Of a stretch of 64,000 nucleotides of DNA, positions 57,268 through 64,000 are shown piece by piece. The translations under genes were made by a program, and so were the position numbers. The notes beneath the pieces are model-generated. The model had not been told where the DNA came from. It was given only the letters and a program-made list of their open reading frames with translations, and ran no database searches. Origin of the DNA: an uncultured Acetatifactor sp. (lineage in GTDB: Bacteria; Bacillota; Clostridia; Lachnospirales; Lachnospiraceae); the NCBI GenBank assembly GCA_947595925.1, contig CANQEV010000006.1:12220-76219 (forward strand), given 5' to 3'. Position 1 is the stretch's first letter. Every line of letters starts with the position of its first letter.

Positions 57268-59001
57268 ATGAAGGAATCTCAATATCAGTTGGATCTGTTA
57301 AAAGCTATGAATCAGAAAATCAGCGCCAGGGAGCGGATGTACCGCCTTGTCTGCGAAAAGTCCAGCGGCGCTTATCTGTTTATATCCAGGGACAGGGAGG
57401 AAGTCTGTGCCCTGGGCCAGTGGAAGAAGTATTTCGATTTTGATATTACCGCGAAGCGGGAACTGGAAAAACTCTTTGAGGTGATCGACGAACCTTATGT
57501 GATTCCGCTTCGGGACGTCGTTTTCCTGGAAAAGGATCCGTCGAAGACAGAGAGAAAATCCGTGGAATGTCTCACCCGGGATAAGAAGAAGTGGTTTTTC
57601 TTCCGGACGGACCTGATCCTCGACCAGGACGGGGTATGTACGGATAAGATCATCCGCATATTTGACATCACAAAATATAAGAGGCAGTCGGACGAACTGG
57701 ATTACTATTCTTACTATGACATCTACACCGGTCTTTACAACCGCAATTATTTCATACGGCTTCTTGGGGATTTCCTGCGCAGGGCGGAGAAGGAAAAAGA
57801 GACGGTCAGCGTGATGATGCTGGATGTGGACGACTTTCATAAGATCAACGACAGTCTGGGGATGATCGCCGGGGACGAGATCGTCCAGCAGCTTGGAGCC
57901 GTCATCAAGGAATTGTGCAGCGACAGGATTATCGCCTGTCATTTTAACAGCGACGTGTATTGCATCGCCATATTTGGGCAGAGCGGGTCTGAAACCGTGG
58001 AGAAAGTTCACGGTGCCCTGGAAGAGCGGCTTAAAAGTCCCTTTTACGTGGGAAACGGCCAGACCGTCAATCTCACCGTGACCGCGGGTGTGGCCCGTTA
58101 CCCGGAGGCCTCCGACAGCGCGCTGGATCTGATCAACTGCGCGGAGGTTGTCATGCTGAAGTGCAAATCCATGGGAAAGGGCTCCATTCTGTACTATGAG
58201 GCTCCCATCTTAAATGATTTCCTCACCAGCGTGGAACTGGAGACGAAACTGAAGGAAGCCCTTTCTGGGAATCGCTTTGAGCTCTACTATCAGCCGCAGT
58301 TTTATGCGGGGAACAAAAAACTCCGGGGAATGGAGGCCCTGCTGCGCTGGAGGGATGAGGACGGCAGAATGATCAGCCCGGCGGTGTTCATCCCGATTGC
58401 GGAGAAAAACGGCTTCATCGTTCCCATCGGCAGCTGGGTCCTTGAAAACGCCATCGGGCAGTACGCCAAATGGCGGGAGACATACGGCGCGGATTTTATC
58501 CTCTCCATCAACGTCTCTGCAAAACAGTACATACGGCCGGAGTTTGTGGATCAGCTGCTTGGAATCCTGGAGAAGCATCAGGTAAATCCCTGTCAGATCG
58601 AGCTGGAGGTGACGGAGAGCATCCTGATCGAAGATTTTGATACGGTCAGTGAAAAGCTGCGGTTCCTGCAGAGCAAGGGGATCCGAATTTCCCTGGACGA
58701 TTTCGGCACTGGTTTTTCCTCCCTGAGCTACCTGAAAAAACTGCCCATCAACACGCTGAAGATCGACAAATCCTTTATCGATACGGTGCTTTCGGACTCC
58801 CCGACGCGGATCATCACGGAGTCCATCATCAATATGATCAAATCCCTTGGCTTTGAATCCGTGGCGGAGGGCGTGGAACAGGAACAGCAGTACCGCTATC
58901 TGCACGCTGTGGGCTGCGACGTGATACAGGGTTTCTTCCTGGGGAAGCCCCTTTGCGTTCCGGATGTGGAAAAGCTGCTTCAGGAACTGACTGTGAGGTA
59001 A
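57268..59001 (+). CDS. c-di-GMP phosphodiesterase: N-terminal sensor-like region, degenerate GGDEF domain, EAL domain
   Basis: EAL-domain motifs YYQPQ, EALLRW, DDFGTG, KIDKSF and EGVE are present. The GGDEF signature position reads HFNSDVY, so cyclase activity is unlikely. Confidence 0.88.
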   Translation: MKESQYQLDLLKAMNQKISARERMYRLVCEKSSGAYLFISRDREEVCALGQWKKYFDFDITAKRELEKLFEVIDEPYVIPLRDVVFLEKDPSKTERKSVECLTRDKKKWFFFRTDLILDQDGVCTDKIIRIFDITKYKRQSDELDYYSYYDIYTGLYNRNYFIRLLGDFLRRAEKEKETVSVMMLDVDDFHKINDSLGMIAGDEIVQQLGAVIKELCSDRIIACHFNSDVYCIAIFGQSGSETVEKVHGALEERLKSPFYVGNGQTVNLTVTAGVARYPEASDSALDLINCAEVVMLKCKSMGKGSILYYEAPILNDFLTSVELETKLKEALSGNRFELYYQPQFYAGNKKLRGMEALLRWRDEDGRMISPAVFIPIAEKNGFIVPIGSWVLENAIGQYAKWRETYGADFILSINVSAKQYIRPEFVDQLLGILEKHQVNPCQIELEVTESILIEDFDTVSEKLRFLQSKGIRISLDDFGTGFSSLSYLKKLPINTLKIDKSFIDTVLSDSPTRIITESIINMIKSLGFESVAEGVEQEQQYRYLHAVGCDVIQGFFLGKPLCVPDVEKLLQELTVR

Positions 59002-59010
59002 TAGAATCGT

Positions 59011-60363
59011 ATGTTTTCAGGCAGACAATCGGAGCTCCAGTTTCTGGAGAGTCATTTTCAGGGGGAGGACAGCCGTATCCTTGTCCTGTACGGGAGAAAA
59101 GGCGTTGGAAAAACTGCTCTTCTCAGGGAGTTTGTAAAGGGGAAGAACTGCGCTTATTATGCCGCGCGCTCCGCATCCGGGAGAGAGCAGCGGTGCCAGT
59201 GGGCCCGGGAACTGGCTGCCCAGGGACACTTTATGGAGGCGTTCCCCTCTTATGCAGACCTCTTTGAAACCTGCCTTTCCCCCTTTTCCGGTTCCGGAGG
59301 AAAAGCCGTGCTGATCCTGGACGAATTCCACCATTTTATCAAGGCGGAGCCGGATTTTATGACTGAACTGGTCAATTTCAAAGAAAGGCGGGGCGAGAAG
59401 TCCCCCGTGCTCATGATCCTCAGCAGTTCGGCCTCCGGCTGGGTGGAGAACAGCATGATCGCGAAGCTGGGGAGGACGGCGTCCTCCATCCACGCCCTTC
59501 TGAAGATCCGGGAGATGAAATTCCGCGAGATCCGGCGGATCTTTCCCGGCTACTCCGACAGGGACGCGGTGGAGATTTACGCGGCGCTGGGGGGAAATCC
59601 CGGCCTGTGGAAGAGCTTTTCCCAGGAGATGTCCGCGCGGGAGAATCTGATTCGTTTCCTGATCGCGCCCGGAAGCCGGCTTTATGAGGAGGCTTCTCTG
59701 TATCTGGCTGAAGAGCTCCGGGAGACGACCGTTTACAATACGCTCCTCGCCGCTATGGCGTCGGGGCTGTCGAAACTAAACGACCTCTTTGTGCACACCG
59801 GATTTTCCCGCGCGAAGATCAGCGTTTACTTAAAAAACCTGATGGAGCTGGATCTGGTGGAGAAGGTGTATTCCTTTGAGTCCGGCGGTTACGAGAACAC
59901 CCAGAAGGGAATCTACCGCATCTGTAATTCCTACATGCGTTTTTATTATCGCTTTCTGTATCCTTATCAGAGCGCTCTGCAGACCATGGAGCCGGAAGCG
60001 TTTTTTAAGCGCTGCGTGGAACCGGGCTTCGGAGAATTTTTAGAGGCCGCTTATCGGAAGATCTGCAGGGAGAGCCTTTCCCGGGAATATGCCGTGACGG
60101 GCGAGTGGATGGGAAAGAACGGCAGGATCGATATCGTCGCGAAAAAGAGTTCCGGGGAGCTGGCGGCTGCGCTGTGCCGGTATGACGTCCCGGTCACAAA
60201 AGAGGACCTTCAGTCGTTGGCGATGAGTCTCGGACAAGCCAAGCTGTCGCCGGATGAGATCCTTTTCTTTGCGGAGAGGGGATTTTCGGAGGAACTGCGG
60301 GAGACGGAAGAACAGAATCATTTGAGCCCGATACGGCTTTTCGGGCAAAAGAACGGGGAATGA
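59011..60363 (+). CDS. ATP-binding protein, archaeal-type ATPase domain plus a DUF234-like C-terminal domain
   Basis: Walker A GRKGVGKT and Walker B LILDEF. The C-terminal GRIDIVAKK resembles the PD-(D/E)xK-like core described for DUF234. It starts 9 nt after the EAL gene. Confidence 0.8.
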   Translation: MFSGRQSELQFLESHFQGEDSRILVLYGRKGVGKTALLREFVKGKNCAYYAARSASGREQRCQWARELAAQGHFMEAFPSYADLFETCLSPFSGSGGKAVLILDEFHHFIKAEPDFMTELVNFKERRGEKSPVLMILSSSASGWVENSMIAKLGRTASSIHALLKIREMKFREIRRIFPGYSDRDAVEIYAALGGNPGLWKSFSQEMSARENLIRFLIAPGSRLYEEASLYLAEELRETTVYNTLLAAMASGLSKLNDLFVHTGFSRAKISVYLKNLMELDLVEKVYSFESGGYENTQKGIYRICNSYMRFYYRFLYPYQSALQTMEPEAFFKRCVEPGFGEFLEAAYRKICRESLSREYAVTGEWMGKNGRIDIVAKKSSGELAAALCRYDVPVTKEDLQSLAMSLGQAKLSPDEILFFAERGFSEELRETEEQNHLSPIRLFGQKNGE

Positions 60364-62444
60364 GCTTGGGCAAGAATTTATACATCGCGGAAAAACCGAG
60401 CGTTGCGAGAGAGTTTGGAAACGCCTTAAAAGAAAATATGAAGTCCTTTGACGGCTACATGGAGTCGGAGGCCTCCATTGTGACCTGGTGCGTGGGACAT
60501 TTAGTGACCATGAGTTACCCGGAGGCCTATGACGAGAGCCTTCGGAGATGGAGTCTTGATACCATTCCTTTCATGCCCAGGGAATATAAGTACGAGATCA
60601 TCTCTTCTTCGGCAAAGCAGTTCGGGGTGGTGAGCAGTCTCTTAAACCGCCCGGATGTGGACGTGATCTACGTCTGCACGGACTCCGGACGGGAGGGGGA
60701 GTATATCTACCGCCTGGTGGAGCAGATGGCGGGGGTAAAGGGAAAGACCCGGAAAAGGGTCTGGATCGACTCCCAGACGGAGGAAGAGATCCTGCGGGGC
60801 ATTCGGGAGGCAAAGGACCTTTCGGAGTACGACGCTTTGAGCGACGCGGCCTATCTGCGCGCCAAGGAAGACTACCTGATGGGGATCAATTTTTCCCGGG
60901 TGCTCACCCTGAAATACGGCTGGTCCGTCAAGGATTTCCTGGGGAGGGACAAGGCGGTGATCAGCGTGGGCCGGGTCATGACCTGCGTGCTCGGCATGGT
61001 GGTGAACCGGGAGCGGGAGATCCGGAATTTTACGAAGACGCCGTTTTACCGGATCCAGGGGAATTTCCGGCTCCAGGACAAAAAGTTTTACGGGGAGTGG
61101 CGGGGAGTGGCGGGCTCCGCATATTACCAGTCCCCCCTCCTGTATAAAGAAAACGGGTTCAAGGCCCGGGAGAGCGCCCAGGAGTTGTTGGAGCGCCTTG
61201 GGGCGGAGCCGGCAGGCCCCGCTGTGATAGAACAGATCGAGAAAAAGAAGGAAAATAAAAATCCGCCCCTTCTGTATAACCTGGCGGAACTGCAGAACGA
61301 CTGCTCGAAATATTTCAAGATCAGTCCCGACGAAACCCTGCGCATCGTCCAGGAGCTCTACGAAAAAAAGATGTGTACCTATCCCAGGACTGACGCCAGG
61401 GTCCTCTCCACGGCCGTGGCGAAGGAGATCCATAAGAACATCGGCGGGCTCAGAAACTACGGCCCGGCGGCGAATTTTGCCGGGGAGATCCTGCAGAACG
61501 GCAACTATAAGAATATCGCAAAGACCAGATACGTCAACGACAAGCAGATCACGGACCACTACGCCATCATTCCCACCGGCCAGGGCCTTGGAAACTTAAA
61601 CTCCCTTCCCGTCCTTTCCAGGAACGTGTATGAGTTGATCGTAAGAAGGTTCCTGAGCATTTTCTATCCCCCCGCCGTCTATCAGAAATTTGCGCTGACC
61701 GTCCTGGTCAAAGGCGAACGGTTCTTTTCCAATTTTAAGGTCCTGACGGAGGAGGGCTATCTGAAGGTGGCATTCGTCTTCAAAAAAACCGACGGAGAAT
61801 CTCAGGATGGGACGAAGTCCGGGGAGGAAGCGGGCGCTTCCGCGGGTTCCGGGAAGGAGGCGGAAAAGGACGGCGATTCCGACCAGGAGATGAAGTGCGA
61901 CGGAGAATTCTTAAAGATCCTGATGGAACTTAAGAAAGGCGCGGCGGCAGACGTGGATTCCTATGAAATAAAAGAAGGAGAGACCTCCCCGCCCAAGCGC
62001 TATAATTCCGGAAGCATGATCCTCGCCATGGAAAACGCCGGGCAATTGATCGAAGACGAGGAACTCCGGGCCCAGATCAAGGGCAGCGGCATCGGCACCA
62101 GCGCCACCAGGGCGGAGATCCTTAAAAAACTGGTCAATATCGAATATCTCTCCCTGAATAAAAAGACCCAGATCCTCACCCCGACCCTGATGGGGGAGAT
62201 GATCTACGACGTGGTGGAGAGCTCCATAAAACCCCTGCTGGAGCCAAGGCTTACCGCCAGCTGGGAAAAGGGCCTGACCATGGTGGCGGAGGGGACGATC
62301 TCCGCCGACGAGTATATGACGAAGCTCACGGACTTTGTGGGCCGCAGAACCAATATTGTGAAAAGGCTGGGGAATAAGGGGGCGCTGTATCAGAAGTTCC
62401 AGACCGCCAGGCAGTTTTACAAAACGGAAAAAAACAAGTCTTAA
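60360..62444 (+). CDS. topB: DNA topoisomerase III
   Basis: TOPRIM motifs IAEKPS and TDSGREGE, and catalytic Tyr in CTYPRTD. ATGA start/stop overlap with the ATPase gene. Confidence 0.93.
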   Translation: MSLGKNLYIAEKPSVAREFGNALKENMKSFDGYMESEASIVTWCVGHLVTMSYPEAYDESLRRWSLDTIPFMPREYKYEIISSSAKQFGVVSSLLNRPDVDVIYVCTDSGREGEYIYRLVEQMAGVKGKTRKRVWIDSQTEEEILRGIREAKDLSEYDALSDAAYLRAKEDYLMGINFSRVLTLKYGWSVKDFLGRDKAVISVGRVMTCVLGMVVNREREIRNFTKTPFYRIQGNFRLQDKKFYGEWRGVAGSAYYQSPLLYKENGFKARESAQELLERLGAEPAGPAVIEQIEKKKENKNPPLLYNLAELQNDCSKYFKISPDETLRIVQELYEKKMCTYPRTDARVLSTAVAKEIHKNIGGLRNYGPAANFAGEILQNGNYKNIAKTRYVNDKQITDHYAIIPTGQGLGNLNSLPVLSRNVYELIVRRFLSIFYPPAVYQKFALTVLVKGERFFSNFKVLTEEGYLKVAFVFKKTDGESQDGTKSGEEAGASAGSGKEAEKDGDSDQEMKCDGEFLKILMELKKGAAADVDSYEIKEGETSPPKRYNSGSMILAMENAGQLIEDEELRAQIKGSGIGTSATRAEILKKLVNIEYLSLNKKTQILTPTLMGEMIYDVVESSIKPLLEPRLTASWEKGLTMVAEGTISADEYMTKLTDFVGRRTNIVKRLGNKGALYQKFQTARQFYKTEKNKS

Positions 62445-62528
62445 AATGATTTCAGAGGAATAATCTGAAAGGACAGGAAAGATCGGACAAGAGAATAAAT
62501 TAAGATTTGATACAGGAGGTAACGCGCA

Positions 62529-63221
62529 ATGTCTGAAGTACGGGAAACATCCGGGGCCGGTGAGATCACGGTGAAAGCGCTCTTTGATCTTCGGGAAACC
62601 ATCGCGGAAAGACTTTTTGAGGGGGCGGTCTATCCCTGGGAGCTTCTTCCCAAGATACACGATTTTATCTTGGAATTAGGGCCCAAGCTGGACCCGGAGA
62701 GATATGAGAAGATCGGGGAGGACATCTGGGCGGCAAAGAGCGCGGTGATCGCGCCCACGGCCTGCCTGAACGGCCCGCTGATCATCGACGAGGAGGCGGA
62801 GATACGGCACTGCGCCTTCGTGCGCGGGAACGCCATCGTGGGAAAGGGCGCGGTGGTCGGCAATTCCACGGAGTTAAAGAACGTGATCCTCTTTAACAAA
62901 GTGCAGGTGCCGCACTATAATTACGTCGGGGATTCCATCCTGGGATACAGATCCCACATGGGGGCCGGTTCCATCACCTCCAATGTAAAGAGCGACAAGA
63001 CCCCCGTGGTCGTAAAGGGGGAGGGCTTTCGCATCGAGACGGGCCTGAAAAAGATGGGGGCCATGCTGGGGGATTTCGTGGAAGTGGGCTGCAACAGCGT
63101 CTTAAATCCCGGCACGGTCATCGGACGGCATTCCAATATCTACCCCACCTCCTGCATCAGAGGGGTGATCCCGGCGGAACATATCGTTAAAGTGCCGGAG
63201 GGGATCGTGGCAAAACGGTGA
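62529..63221 (+). CDS. Left-handed beta-helix (hexapeptide repeat) protein, GlmU C-terminal-like
   Basis: Hexapeptide-type repeats (GNAIVGKGAVVGNSTELKNVILFNKVQV...YVGDSILG). There is no nucleotidyltransferase domain. Confidence 0.7.
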   Translation: MSEVRETSGAGEITVKALFDLRETIAERLFEGAVYPWELLPKIHDFILELGPKLDPERYEKIGEDIWAAKSAVIAPTACLNGPLIIDEEAEIRHCAFVRGNAIVGKGAVVGNSTELKNVILFNKVQVPHYNYVGDSILGYRSHMGAGSITSNVKSDKTPVVVKGEGFRIETGLKKMGAMLGDFVEVGCNSVLNPGTVIGRHSNIYPTSCIRGVIPAEHIVKVPEGIVAKR

Positions 63222-63226
63222 GAAAC

Positions 63227-63250
63227 GGAAAAAATGCTTGTATTTTTTCC
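63227..63250 (+). terminator. AT-rich hairpin after the LbH gene
   Basis: GGAAAAAAT (63227-63235), loop GCTTGT, ATTTTTTCC (63242-63250). Confidence 0.4.
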
Positions 63251-63366
63251 CTAAATATGAGAAAATAGGCAAGGAGATTATGACGCTTTTTGCAGTTTGC
63301 CGTCGAAGGGCGGAAAAGAAGGGCGGGAGCGTCATGAAAGATAGAAAAATCGAAAGGAGATTTCAC

Positions 63367-64000
63367 ATGATTTATTCAAAGGAAGTTGAAGAAATGTGTC
63401 CGGTTGCACAGGGCGTTCATCACGGCTGTGCTCCCATCCCTGAAGAGGCAAAGTGGGTTCAGGCGAAGAGAGTGGAAGATATATCCGGCTTCACTCACGG
63501 CGTAGGCTGGTGCGCACCCCAGCAGGGTGCCTGCAAGCTGTCCCTGAACGTAAAAGAGGGCATCATCCAGGAGGCCCTTGTGGAGACCATCGGCTGCTCC
63601 GGCATGACCCATTCCGCAGCTATGGCAGCGGAGATCCTTCCCGGCCTTACGGTGATGGAAGCCCTGAACACCGACCTGGTGTGCGACGCCATCAACACCG
63701 CCATGAGGGAACTCTTCCTGCAGATCGTGTATGGCCGCAGCCAGAGCGCATTTTCCGAGGAGGGCCTTCCTGTGGGAGCCGGCCTTGAGGACCTTGGAAA
63801 GGGCTTGAGAAGCCAGGTGGGAACCATGTACGGAACCCTTGCAAAGGGACCCCGCTACCTGGAGATGGCGGAAGGCTATGTCACCGGCATCGCTCTGGAC
63901 GCCGACAACCAGATCATCGGCTATAAATATGTGAGCCTTGGAAAGATGACCGACTTCATCAAGAAGGGCGATGATCCCAACACCGCATACGAGAAAGCCC
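63367..64000 (+). CDS. NifU/IscU-like Fe-S scaffold domain protein, 3' end outside window
   Basis: Not in the ORF track because it runs off the window. My own translation gives MIYSKEVEEMCPVAQGVHHGCAPIPEE...GVGWCAPQQGACKLSLNV...ETIGCSGMTHSAAMA. GGAG lies 8 nt before the ATG at 63367; in-frame ATGs at 63280 and 63334 are alternative starts. Confidence 0.75.
   Translation, partial: MIYSKEVEEMCPVAQGVHHGCAPIPEEAKWVQAKRVEDISGFTHGVGWCAPQQGACKLSLNVKEGIIQEALVETIGCSGMTHSAAMAAEILPGLTVMEALNTDLVCDAINTAMRELFLQIVYGRSQSAFSEEGLPVGAGLEDLGKGLRSQVGTMYGTLAKGPRYLEMAEGYVTGIALDADNQIIGYKYVSLGKMTDFIKKGDDPNTAYEKA

Noticed and set aside
60678-60701. TopB TOPRIM motif reads TDSGREGE (D-x-G) instead of the classical D-x-D
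   Set aside because: From memory, B. subtilis TopB has the equivalent ATDAGREGE. The variant therefore appears normal for Firmicute Topo III and is not a sign of inactivation.

Overview
This is a 64-kb chromosomal segment that looks like a fairly GC-rich Clostridia (Lachnospiraceae-like) Firmicute. That placement rests on Gram-positive PolC, Firmicute-type TopB, strong AGGAGG ribosome-binding sites and almost all genes lying on the + strand. No rRNA, CRISPR array, transposase, integrase or prophage genes are visible.

Most of the window is housekeeping:
- Replication and translation: polC (5' end off-window), efp, tgt, yajC, topB.
- Aromatic amino-acid genes: aroE-aroK-aroQ, with aroC on the opposite strand.
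- Other biosynthesis: gdhA, leuB-ilvD-ilvB, serC-serA, argH, asd, glgB.
- Two solitary tRNA genes: Arg-CCG and Thr-CGT.

Blocks that look accessory or unusual:
1. A ten-gene Mrp/Mbh-ordered membrane cluster (13.6-23.3 kb) has four antiporter-like subunits and no redox module. A MATE exporter follows it.
2. A block that looks lower in GC (24.8-31.3 kb) has an MBOAT acyltransferase and an SGNH/DltD-like protein bracketing the GDP-L-fucose genes gmd-fcl-manC.
3. One protein fuses a chemoreceptor signalling domain to a predicted cytoplasmic type-I binding-protein domain.
4. An orphan beta-class DNA methyltransferase and a 95-aa partner gene sit on the opposite strand between serA and a DUF1015 gene.
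5. An operon encodes an EAL phosphodiesterase with a degenerate GGDEF domain, a DUF234-type ATPase and topoisomerase III.
6. A 68-bp tandem repeat lies upstream of tRNA-Thr.

Several long structured leaders and short repeated words are flagged as candidates only. Nothing here is demonstrably a new system from sequence alone, and all family assignments come from motif recognition by eye, not from searches.
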